Assembly (NCBI GenBank): GCA_038087875.1
Contig: CM075988.1
Location: 1,612,001-1,676,000 of the forward strand
Direction: 5' to 3'
From: Malacoraja senta
Taxonomy: Eukaryota
DNA: 64,000 nucleotides
Shown here: in pieces, positions 53,178-64,000 of the stretch
Layout of the letters: every line of letters begins with the position of its first letter
How positions within the stretch are numbered: the stretch's first letter is position 1
Notes under the pieces: model-generated
Seen by the model: only the letters and a program-made list of their open reading frames with translations
Told to the model about the DNA's origin: nothing
The model's database searches: none
Program-made: the position numbers and the translations under genes

Positions 53178-53660
53178 AACTTGGGCGACCTAATCGGCGA
53201 GTTTGCCCTCAACTCGCAGCATGGTCGACACGAGGTCGTAGGAGGTCTTCGTAACTCTCCTTCATGCTCGAGAGTAGTCCCCGTGTACTCAAGGCCTCAG
53301 CTAGGTCGCGGCGTATTTTTCAATATGTTAAAAAATGCCCGCGAGTAAAAAAAGTACGCCATGGAAAAAATCAATACTTATTTTACTCGTAGGCTTAGTT
53401 GTAGTAGGTCGTAGTAGGTCGGCATGTTAGTCGTCGGTAATCGAGGGTAGTCGAAGGTAGTCTTCATCATAGTCGAAGGGAGGTCGAAGGAGATCGAAGG
53501 AGGTCGTCTTCACTCTCCACTATTCGGTGTCCAATTTTCCCGAAGTTAGTCATAGCTAGTCGAAGCTGGTCTTCTACATAGTCGAAGGAGGTCTTCAACA
53601 TGTCATTTTTTCGAACTCTTCCAAACTCGCCAATTAGGTCGCCCAAGTGGGACAGTCTCT
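53178..53660. mobile_element. Harbinger-like MITE related to 8391-9129
   Basis: Shares gcgacctaatc..gagtttgccctc..actcgcagcatggtcgacac; right TIR ..gtcgcccaagtgggacagtctct; left TIR truncated; TTA flanks. Confidence 0.72.
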
Positions 53661-54228
53661 TTAGACTGTGGCCCCTGGTTCTGGACTCGCCCAACATTGG
53701 GAACATTTTTCCTGCATCTAGCTTGTCCAGACCTTTTATAATTTTATATGTTTCTATAAGATCCCGTCTCATCCTTCAAATTCCAGTGAATACAAGCCCA
53801 GTCTTTCCAATCCTCATATGACAGTCACGCCATCCCGGGGATTAACCTCGTGAACCTACGCTGCACCTCCTTCAATAGCAAGAATGCCCTTCCTCAAATT
53901 AAGAGATCAAATCTGCACACAATACTCCAGATGTGGTCTCACCAAGGCCGTGTACAACTACAGAAGGACCGCTTTACTCCTATACTCAAATCCTCTCGTT
54001 ATGAAGGCCAACATGCCATTAGCTGTCATCACTTCCTGCTGTACCTGCATGTTTACTTTCAGTGACTGGTGTACAAGGACACTCAGGTCTCATTGCATTT
54101 AACTTTTTCCTAATGACACCATTGAGATAATAATCTGCCTCCTTGTTCTTGCTGCCAAAGTGGATAACCTCGCATTTATCTACATTATACTGCATCTGCC
54201 CACTCACTCAACTTGTCCGTCACCCTGC

Positions 54229-55029
54229 CTACAGTCCGTTTTTTCATCTTTTGTTATTTTTAGTCTGTTTTAAAAGTATGTTTTTGGAGGTTTCTTAGTC
54301 TTTTTATGTGGGGAAATGGGGAGGGTAAGGGGGAAACCGTTTCTCAGTGACTTCCTGGCGAGGATGCAACTATTCCCCGGGTCGCATCTTTGCCCCCCCC
54401 CCCTCGTGGCCTACCATCTGGATTGGCGTAGTGTTTCATGCCGGAGACCGGCCAGAGCTTCAGCGGAGGTGCAGCACTGATTTGCCATCGCGGAGCGGGC
54501 GATGCTCCGGAGTGTTGGGCCTGCTGCTTTAACATCGTGGAGCTGTGGTTGCGGAGCTTCTAGCCACGGGCGACACTGACTTCAACATCGCGGAGTCCTG
54601 GTGAGCCCTTTACCGAGGGCCGCCAGTATTGAATCTCCGCCCAGCTCGGCCTGTGGACTTCGGGAGCCGCGGTCTCCGGTAAGAAGTGGCCAATTCGGAA
54701 CTCCAAGCCGACGTCGGAGTTCCGATCATCCCGGCGAGAGGGCCTGAACAACAGTAGCGGCGACTGCGGAAGGCTCTGGTGGCCCTGACCACGGGTGAAC
54801 AAAGAGGAAGATGACTGAACTTTATTGCCTTCCCTCACAGTGGGAAACGTTGATTCTGCTGTGTGGGGATGTTTATAGATACATAGAAAATAGGTGCAGT
54901 AGAACATTATGTTAAATTCTATCATGTGTTGTGTTCTTTTTTATTCGTATGGCTGTATGGTTAGCCAAATTTCACTGTACCAATTGGTGCATGTGACAAT
55001 AAATGTAAACTTGAACATGAAACGTGAAA
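54229..55029 (+). mobile_element. Non-coding GC-rich retroposon with Rex1-type 3' tail
   Basis: Flanked by ACCCTGC repeats within CR1; ends tttcactgtacc..gtgacaataaa, matching the reverse complement of the element end at about 3490-3525. Confidence 0.6.
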
Positions 55030-55292
55030 CCCTGCAACCCTGCATCCTTTTCGCAGTTCACACTCCCACCCAGCCTTGTGTCATCTGCAAATTTGCTAGT
55101 GTTACTTTTAATCCCATCATCTAAATCATTAATATATATAGTAATATATAGTAATAGTTGCGGCCCCAGCACCGAGCTTTGCGGCACTCCACTTGCCACT
55201 GCCTATCATTCTGACAGGGACCCGTTTATTCCTACTCTTTGTTTCCTGTCTGTCAACCAATTCTCCATCCATGTCAATACTCTACCCCCAAT

Positions 55293-58200
55293 ACATAGAA
55301 ACATAGAAAATAGGTGCAGGAGTAGGCCATTCGGCCCTTTGAGCCTGCACCGCCATTCAATATGATCATGGCAGATCATCCAACTCAGTATCCTGTACCT
55401 GCCTTCTCTCCATACCCCGTGATACCTTTAGCCACAAGCGCCACATCTAACTCCCTCTTAAATATAGCCAATGAACTGGCCTCAACTACCTTCTGTGGCA
55501 GAGAATTCCAGAGATTCACCACTCTCTGTGTGAAAAATGTTTTTCTCATATCGGTCCTAAAAGATTTCCCCCTTATCCTTAAACTGTGACCCCTTGTTCT
55601 GGACTTCCCCAACATTGGGAACAATCTTCCTGCATCTAGCCTGTCCAACCCCTTAAGAATTTTGTAAGTTTCTATAAGATCCCCCCTCAATCTTCTAAAT
55701 TCTAGCGAGTACAAGCCAAGTCTATCCAGTCTTTCTTCATATGAAAGTCCTGACATCCCAGGAATCAGTCTGGTGAACCTTCTCTGTACTCCCTCTATGG
55801 CAAGAATGTCTTTCCTCAGATTAGGAGACCAAAACTGTATGCAATACTCCAGGTGTGGTCTCACCAAGACCCTGTACAACTGCAGTAGAACCACCCTGCT
55901 CCTATACTCAAATCCTTTTGCTATGAATGCTAACATACCATTCGCTTTCTTCACTGCCTGCTGCACCTGCATGCCTACTTTCAATGACTGGTGTACCATG
56001 ACACCTAGGTCTCGTTGCATCTCCCCTTTTCCTAATCGGCCACCATTCAGATAATAGTCTACTTTCCTGTTTTTGCCACCAAAGTGGATAACCTCACATT
56101 TATCCACATTATACTGCATCTGCCATGCATTTGCCCACTCACCTAGCTTATCTAAGTCACCTTGCAGCCTCCTAGCATCCTCCTCACAGCTAACACTGCC
56201 CCCCAGCTTCGTGTCATCTGCAAACTTGGAGATGTTGCATTCAATTCCCTCATCCAAATCATGAAAATATATTGTAAATAGCTGGGGTCCAAGCACTGAT
56301 CCTTACGGTACCCCACTAGTCACTGCCTGCCATTCTGAAAAGGACCCGTTTACTCCTACTCTTTGCTTCCTGCCTGCCAGCCAGTTCTCTATCCACATCA
56401 ATACTGAACCCCAAAAACCGTGTGCTTTAAGTATGTATACTAATCTCTTATGTGGGACCTTGTCGAAAGCCTTCTGAAAGTCCAGATATAACACATCCAC
56501 TGGTTCTCCCTTATCCACTCTACTAGTTACATTCTCGAAAAATTGTATAAGATTCGTCAGACATGATTTACCTTTCATAAATCCATGCTGACTTTGTCCA
56601 ATCATTTCACCACTTTCCAAATGTGCTGCTATCCCATCTTTAATAACTGACTCTAGCAGTTTCCCCACTACCGATGTTAGGCTAACTGGTCTGTAATTCC
56701 CCGTTTTCTCTCTCCCTCCCTTTTTCAAAAGTGGGGTTACATTAGCTACCCTCCAATCCTCAGGAACTACTCCAGAATTTAAAGAGTTTTGAAAAATCAT
56801 CACTAATGCATCCACTATTTTTGGGGCTACTTCCTTAAGTACTCTGGGATGCAGCCAATCTGGCCCTGGGGATTTATCGGCCTTTAATCCATCCAATTTA
56901 CCTAACACCACTTCCCGGCTAACCTGGATTTCACTCAGTTCCTCCATCTCATTTGACCCCCGGTCCCCTGCTATTTCCGGCAGATTATTTATGTCTTCCT
57001 TAGTGGAGACAGAACCAAAGTAGTTATTCAATTGGTCTGCCATGTCCTTGTTCCCATGATCAATTCACCTGTTTCTGACTGCAAGGGACCTACATTTGTT
57101 TTAACTAATCTTTTTCTCTTCACATATCTATAAAAGCTTTTGCAATCAGTTTTTATGTTCCCTGCCAGTTTTCTTTCATAATCTATTTTCCCTTTCCTAA
57201 TTAAGCCCTTTGTCCTCTGCTGGACTGAATTTCTCACAGTCCTCTGGTAGGCTGCTATTTCTGGATGTATGCTTCATCTTTTGTTTTGATACTATCCCTG
57301 ATTTCCCTTGTTATCCACGGATGCACTACCTACCCTGATTTATTCTTTTGCCAAACTGGGATGAACAATTCTTGTAGTTCATCCATGCAGCCTTTAAATG
57401 CTCTCAATTGCATATCCACCGTCAACCCTTTAAGAATCAATCTATCTTGGCCAATTCACGTCTCATACCCTCAAAGTTACCTTTCTTTAAGTTCAGAACC
57501 CTTGTTTCTGAATTAATTATGTCACTCTCCATCCTAATGAAGAACTCAACCATATTATGGTCACTCTTGCTCAAGGGGCCACGCACAACAAGACTGCTAA
57601 CTAACCCTTCCTCATTACTCAATACCCAGTCCAGAATAGCCTGCTCTCTCGTTGTTTCCTCTACATGTTGGTTTAGAAAACTATCCCGCATACATTCCAA
57701 GAAATCCTCTTCCTCAGCACCCCTGCCAATTTGATTCACCCAATCTATATGTAGATTGAAGTCACCCATTATAACTGTTTTACCTTTGTTGCACGCATTT
57801 CTAATTTCCTGTTTGATGCCATCCCCAACTACACTACTACTGTTAGGTGGCCTGTACACAACTCGCACTAGCGTTTTCTGCCCCTTAGTGTTTCGCAGCT
57901 CTACCCATATCGATTCCACATCCTCCAAGCTAATGTCCTTCCTTTCTATTGCGTTAATCTCCTCTCTAACCAGCAACGCTACCGCACCTCCTTTTCCTTT
58001 CTGTCTGTCCTGAATATTGAATATGCCTGGATGTTCAGCTCCCAGCCTTGGTCACCCTGTAACCATGTCTCCGTGATCCCAACTATATCATAGTCATTAA
58101 TAGCTATCTGCACATTGAACTCATCCACCTTATTACGAATGTTCCTTGCATTGAGACACAAAGCCTTCAGGCTTGTTTTTACAACACTCTTACCCCTTAT

Positions 58201-58450
58201 ACAATTATGTTGAAAAGTGGCCCTTTTTGATTTTTGCCCTGGATTTGTCTGACTGCCACTTTTACTTTTCACCTTGCTACCTATTGCTTCTACCCTCATT
58301 TTACACCTTTCTGCTCACATTTAAGAAACCCTTTCCCTTTAACTCCATCCTCGACTATCCCATTTGACACCCCACCCCCCTTATTCAGTTTAGAACCACC
58401 CGTGTAGCAGTGGCAAACCTGCCTGCCAGAATGCTGGTTCCCCACCTGTT
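55293..58450 (-). mobile_element. Young, long CR1 family A copy (end of ORF1, APE, RT, tail)
   Basis: LNARNIRNK, GITETWL, YRPPN, MGDFN, SDHN (APE); RT ORFs 56303-57043 and 55385-56296; AGAAACAT tail. Confidence 0.93.
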
Positions 58451-60399
58451 AAGATGCAATGTGCCCTAATTTTGCCCACTAATCTCCTGTGTGGGACCTC
58501 ATCAAAAGCTTTCTGAAAGTCCAGATACACTACATCCACTGGCTCTCCTTCATCCATTTTACTTGTCACATCATCAAAATATTCCAGAAGATTAGTCATG
58601 CAGGATTTCCCCTTCATAATCCATGTTGACTTGGACTAATCCTTTCACTGCTATCCAAATGCGCCGTTATTACTTCTTTAATAATGAACTCCAGCATCTT
58701 CCCCGCCACCGATGTCAGGCTAATTGGTCTATAATTCACTGTTTTCTCTCTCGCTCATTTCTTGAAAAGTGGGATAACATTAGCTACCCTCCAATCCACA
58801 GGAACTGATCCTGAATCTATAGAACATTGGAAAATGATCACCAATGCGTCCAAGATTTCTAGAGCCATCTCCTTGAGTATCCTGGGATGCAGGCCATCAG
58901 GCCCTGGGGATTTATCAGCCTTCAGTCCCATCAGTCTACCCAATACTATATCTCGCCTAATGCAAATGTCTTTCTGTTCCTCTGTCCTCTAGTACATATG
59001 GGAGATTGTTTGTGTCTTCTTTAGTGAAGACAGGACCAAAGTACCTGTTCAACTCTTCTGCCATTTCCTTGTTTCCCATACAATTTCACCCATTTCAGCC
59101 TTCAATGGACCCACATTTGTCTTTCCTAATCTTTTTCTCTTAACATACCTAAAGAAGCTTATACTATCCTTCTTTATGTTCTTGGCCAACTTACCCTTTT
59201 GTTACCTTCTGTTGTTCTTCGAAAGTTTCCCAATCCTCTGGCTTCCCGCTACTCTTTGCTATGTTAATCATCTTTTCTTTTGGAATCTTTGGAATGAAAT
59301 GATCCTGCATCTTCTGGATTATGCCCAGAAATTCCTGCCATTGCTGTTCCACCGTAATTCCTGCTAGGATCCTTTTCCAGTCAAATGTGGACGATTTTGG
59401 TGTGAGGGCTCAAGGTGAAGGGATAGGACAATTCAAGTGTATGTGGCAAGGAAGGGAGATTTGGGGGCAGCAGTTTGGTGAGAATAAGGTCTTGGCAGGA
59501 GACGGTAAGCTTCTTACAAGGATGAGAATAAAAATGCGAGGACAAACAGGAGATAAACCAGTGGAAGATGCAAGGGCGTGATCTTGGAACTTTCAGGAGG
59601 TGGTTTGGCCTGGTGGGTCTGGGGCACTATGGACAGTAACAGAAATGGATACATGCAAGCTCACAGCATTTGGATTTCTGCCGGGAGTGATCGGGCACGT
59701 GGGAAAATGAACAAGATGAGACAGTGGTTGTTTTTAAAGGGATAATGGCTGCCACTGAGCCGCTGCATTGCTCCAGCACTTGGTGCACTGCACTCCATAC
59801 AGACAGCAAGTTCAAACTCCAGCATGGACCAAATATTCTACCTTTCTGACAGTGGTGGACTCTGGAAGGTGGAATTGCTGGAGAAGTAGACATGGGTTTA
59901 GGACAATAAATTCAAGGTGTTACGAGGAAAGTAAAAGTGGTTGTGAGGATGAGATTCCAAAAACAGAGTAACACATGGTTGCACACTGAGGGCGGAGGCA
60001 TGGGGAGAGTTGAAAAATGTGTGCAATTCTGGTTACACAATGCCAGGACGGTCTTTGAAGAGAGTGCAGAGATTTACCCGAACGATGCCTGGATTACAGG
60101 CTTTTAGCTTCAAGGAGAGGTTGGATAGATTTGGATTGTTTTCTCTGGAACTTTGGAGGTTGAGGGGAGACCTGATAGAAGTGTATACAATTATCCCAAG
60201 GTGGAAATGTCAACTACTATAATGTGAGAGGGGCAAAGTTTAAAGGAGATGTGCAGGACAATTTGTTTTACACGGGGTCTGGTTTCACGGACATGGGTGG
60301 GGTGACTGTCCCTGTGCTGTTGTGAGGGTAGAGCCCAGGGAGCGGGACCAACACCAACACAGATACTAGAGAGAGGAGTTAGCATCTTTCAACACCACG

Positions 60400-60718
60400 A
60401 CGCTCCTCCTCAACCTTCCCTCCCCATTAAACACAGTTTTATCCTCCTGCTCCATCCCCGTTGACCCGGCGAGCGGCCGCTCCGCCTCCACCGAGCCCTC
60501 CCTCCCCGGGGCCGCGGCTTCACTCGCGGGGCGCCGCCGGGACTGGGAGCCGAGGCTGTGGGCTGGAGAGGAGGGGAGGGCCCGGACCGGGTGCCGGAAC
60601 TATCCGCCGTGGACAGCGGATGTGGGGACACCCGGCCCCGCAGGAGCCGCACTTCCGGTCCGTCCGTCCGTCGCCGCGTTCCCCGTGCCGAGACACAAGT
60701 GTCGCGGAGACCGGGCAG
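60400..60718 (+). promoter_or_regulatory. NFRKB: CpG-island promoter and probable non-coding exon 1 of NFRKB
   Basis: CpG-rich; ETS/GABP-type ACTTCCGG at 60651-60658; donor CAG|GTGAGG at 60718/60719; about 1 kb upstream of the ATG exon. Confidence 0.72.
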
Positions 60719-60990
60719 GTGAGGGGGGGGGTCGGGGCCGGGCTGGGCTGTGGGCCGTGAGGGGGGAGGGGGGGGGGGCGGGCAGGTGAGGGGGGGTCGG
60801 GGCCGGACTGGGCCGTGAGGGGGGGGAGGGTTGGGGCCGGGGCAGGTGAGGGGGGGCCGGGGCCGGGCTGTGGGCCGTGAGGGGGGGGGGGGGGGTGGTG
60901 GTGTCGGGGCCGGGGCCGGACTGGGCCGTGAGGGGGGGTTGGTGTCGGGGTCGGGGCCGGGCTGTGGGCCGTGAGGGGGGGTCGGGGAAT
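60713..60990 (+). repeat. G-rich imperfect tandem repeat at the start of NFRKB intron 1
   Basis: Repeated GTGAG(G)n...CGGGGCCGG(G/A)CTG..GGGCC units. Confidence 0.85.
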
Positions 60991-61404
60991 GGAGGGGAGA
61001 TGAACGGCATTGAGAGGGAGCAGGGAGAGACGACGAGGGGGTTGGGGGAGAGGGGAAGGGGCAGGAATGATGCGCAGGAGGGAATATGCGAAAGGATTGA
61101 GGGAGGGAGGGTGTTGATCAGGAGGAGGTTGTGCGGCAGGATCTCAGTGAGGAGGATGAGAGCATTGGAGGAGCATGGGATGAGGGGGGGGGGGGTGGGG
61201 AAGAGCAATGTATAAAGGGAGGGCAAATGAGAGTGAGACTGAGAGGGAAGAACGTGGTTGGATGGGGGATAGTGTGAGGGAGTAAAGGAATCAGGGACAG
61301 GAGGGAGTCGGAAAGGAGAATGAAGAACAGAATGTGTGTTCATAGGTGATGCTAACACTGAAGGAACAAGTGTGGGAACTGTACATGCCTTATGTTGCAG
61401 AACA

Positions 61405-61632
61405 GGGTAATCTCTGGAATTCTCTGCCACAGAAGGTAGTTGAGGCCAGTTCATTGGCTATATTTAAGAGGGAGTTAGATGTGGACCTTGTGGCTAAAGG
61501 GATCAGGGGGTATGGAGAGAAGGCAGGTACGGGATACTGAGTTGGATGATCAGCCATGTTCATATTGAATGGCGGTGCAGGCTCGAAGGGCCGAATGGCC
61601 TACTCCTGCACCTATTTTCTATGTTTCTATGT
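61405..61632 (+). mobile_element. CR1 family A 3' end
   Basis: NLWNSLPQKVVEA...GTGY* and (TTTCTATG)n tail. Confidence 0.88.
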
Positions 61633-61732
61633 AAGGCTCCTTTGCCATCGCCATCCTTTTACAAGCAGCTCCGTTTGATGATATGCTACTTTTGCTTTCT
61701 TGTTTATTTTTTCTCAGGATATATAATTAAAG

Positions 61733-61867
61733 ATGGATTGTCTGGATAATATGCTAACAGAACCCTTGGATTTGGGATCTGCCAGGGAGATTAATGGTGC
61801 TGGTATCATGGAGGAATGTTTACTTAGAGGAACCAGGGTCAGTCTCCCAGAGGATCTGTTGGAGGAT
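61733..61867 (+). CDS. NFRKB: NFRKB (INO80 complex subunit G) first coding exon
   Basis: Acceptor ttctcAG ending 61717; MDCLDNMLTEPLDLG...IMEECLLRGTRVSLPEDLLED then GTgagt; matches the recalled human N-terminus MDSLDHMLTDPLEL..TRVSLPEDLLED; NFRKB neighbours PRDM10 in human. Confidence 0.93.
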
Positions 61868-62854
61868 GTGAGTATTTTACAACCTAAGACTTCTCTGAAC
61901 ACAAAGTGCAGGAGAAACTCAGCGGGTCACGCAGCATCTCTGGAAGACCTGGATCTGGCGATGGGTCTGTCCTTTTTGTAAACCAGCATCTGCAATTCCT
62001 TGTTCATCTAAGAATTGAAGCACTAAAAGAGATTCTGCATTTTCACTAACATTCTCTAGTTTTCCAGTTGCTTTTCTAAGGATCCCTGTGGTATTATGAT
62101 AATTCTCAAAAAAGTTAAATGTAGAAGAGCAGGTCCAAGATGTAAAAAAAATATGCAGGGAAAAGTAAACAATCTGGTTCGGCAGTTAGCATTCAAGAGG
62201 ATTGGGTCCAAGCCCATAATCTAGGACAGGATTTCCATGCAGTACCGAGGGAAATCTGGGCAACTGGGGTGGATGAAGGCAGACCTGGGAACTCTCTGTC
62301 ACAAAGGACCATTTGTTCTGAGGTGGAAATATGTTTTCAGGAGGAATGTGCTCTGCTCTAGAGCAGTGTCTGGTCATTATAATGCTGATGTGTGGCCTTG
62401 CTGCATATTTCCTTCGCTCCATAGATGCTGCCGCACCCTCTGAGTTTCTCCAGCAGTTTTGTCTACCTTGCTGCATATAAGTTTGCTGATACATTTGCTG
62501 CTTTGTTATAGTCACTGCACATCTCGGTTGGGTCGCTTTGTGATTCTAAAAGGTGCTCTATCATGTATGGTCTAATTTAAAAAAAATTAACCAAATCCAC
62601 ATATCACGGCTCAAAAACTGGCCGCAGCCAATGATTTGAATTGAAGAAAATGTCTCCCATTAAATCCTGATCTTCATTCCTATTTCCTGGATAGCCTTTT
62701 CCTGACTGTCTGCTGTTCATGCTTGCACCAGCCATAACTCAGCTGTGCAGTTAGAATTCACTGCACCATTTGCTTTCCTCGCACCACGGCTCAAGCTGCC
62801 TGGACCTTCAACTCCTGCAAAATCCACAATATGATACGTCATCTTGATGCTTTT

Positions 62855-63610
62855 GGTTTAGTTTACAGATACAATGCATAAACAGGCCCCTTCAGCCCAT
62901 GGAGTTCGCACCGACCAGTGGTCCCCGCACATTAACACTATCCGACACACTCGAGGGACAATTTACATTTATACCAAGCCAATTAATCTACAAACCTGTT
63001 TGTCTTTGGAGTGTGGGAGGAAACTGGAGCACCCAGGGAAAACCCATGCAGGTATTGGCGAGAACGTGCAAACTTCTTACAGACAGCACCTTTAGTTAGG
63101 ATCAAACCCGCTACTCTATTAATTTATGGAATTCACTGCCCCAGGGAGCAGTGGAAGCAGAAACATTAAATATATTTAAGTCTAAAATAGATGTTTTTTT
63201 AGCTGCCAAGGGGATAAGGGGCTACGGGGAGAGGGCAGGGATATGGACCTAGGTATGGTTAGTATAGTAAGACCTGAGTGATCTCCTGGACAAGTGTCGA
63301 TCGCCTGGATTGAGGTCGGAGAGGAATTTCCCGGATTTTTTTCCCGAATTGGACCTGGGTTTTTATCCGTTTTTTTGCCTCCCCCAGGAGATCACGCGGT
63401 TCTTGGGGTGGAGAGGGGTGATAGCAATATAAAGGGGAGGGTAGTGTCTTGTGTTCTGTGTCTTGTGTCTACTGTTTGTGGGTAAGGGTGTCTGTTTAGT
63501 GTTCAGCCATGAGCGAATGGCGGTGCGGGCTCGATGGGCCTGGTGGTCTACTCTCGCACCTACTTTCTATGTTTCTATGTTTCTACCGCTGCGTCACTGT
63601 GCCACCCAAT
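62855..63610 (-). mobile_element. Antisense tRNA SINE split by a + strand CR1 3' fragment (about 63118-63585)
   Basis: SINE-like 62855-63117 resumes as ccgctgcgtcactgtgccacc at 63586; insert has NLWNSLPQ and a (TTTCTATG)n tail. Confidence 0.75.
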
Positions 63611-63754
63611 TAGTGTGATGGTTCAGCAAGAGGGAGTGAGCATACCACCAGCGCAGTGACCTATAGATGGGTCACTTCCAGCTGCCTGTGGTTGATCCTG
63701 ACCCTGTGCATGGAGTTTGCTCGCTCTCCACATGACCAGATGGTATTCCCCAGG

Positions 63755-64000
63755 TGTGTAGGAAGGAACTGTAGATGCTGGTTTAAACCGAAGAGAGAGA
63801 CAAAAAGTTAGATGTAACTCAGCGGGACAGGCAGCATCTCTCTGGAGAAAACGAATGGGTAACTCTTTGAGTCGAGACCCTTCTTCAGACTGAAAGTCAA
63901 GGGAAAAGGAAACAAGAGATATGGATGATGATGTAGAGAGATATAGAACAATGGATGAAAGATATGCAAAAAAGTAACGATGACCAAGGAAACAGGCCAT
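63755..64000 (-). mobile_element. Penelope pLTR-derived repeat (other copies near 2780, 10327, 17865, 21477, 26300, 28290, 30330, 43065, 61900, 62410)
   Basis: Shares gatgctgcctgtcccgctgagtta and ctgaagaagggtctcgac with the Penelope ends at 39217-39844. Confidence 0.75.

Larger units (their letters stand above)
52905..59385 (-). mobile_element. Older CR1 family A copy in four pieces, interrupted by three later insertions
   Basis: Collinear pieces 52905-53177, 53661-54228, 55030-55292, 58455-59385 (KSPGPDGLHPRIL, QKAFDEVPH, FADDTR). Confidence 0.85.

Noticed and set aside
53395..53600. CRISPR-like or coding repeat (gtcgaagg/gtagtc units)
   Set aside because: Irregular short repeats inside a MITE with no unique spacers; eukaryotic context.
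60600..61454. 284-aa proline-rich minus-strand ORF
   Set aside because: Produced by the G-rich tandem repeat and purine-rich intron; it starts inside a CR1 fragment.

Overview
Eukaryotic (vertebrate) genomic DNA; no prokaryotic features. The repeat content (HE1/V-SINE-like tRNA SINEs, abundant CR1 LINEs, Penelope fragments) suggests a cartilaginous fish, probably a skate or ray; this is inference. The + strand carries the last nine coding exons of PRDM10 (10788-47893, all with AG/GT boundaries and consistent phase) and its 3'UTR. About 11 kb of almost pure nested transposon debris follows, then the CpG-island promoter, a non-coding exon 1 and the first coding exon of NFRKB (61733-61867). Introns and the intergenic region contain a deleted Gypsy element with its 3' LTR, many CR1 copies (one near full length with an esterase ORF1), Rex1/Babar and RTE fragments, Penelope elements, a Tc1 IR/DR transposon and several TIR MITEs. 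Most notable: a 1016-bp non-autonomous TIR element (20-bp TIRs, 2-bp AT target duplication, ISL2EU-like by inference) nested in the Tc1 transposase carries a decayed ZFP36/TTP-family fragment, i.e. a Pack-type gene-capturing transposon. Also notable: dispersed Penelope-derived repeats with minimal hammerhead-ribozyme motifs, and a P-like MITE with a perfect 28-bp internal hairpin. Gene identities rest on recalled similarity to vertebrate proteins, not database searches; repeat boundaries are approximate unless a TSD is given.
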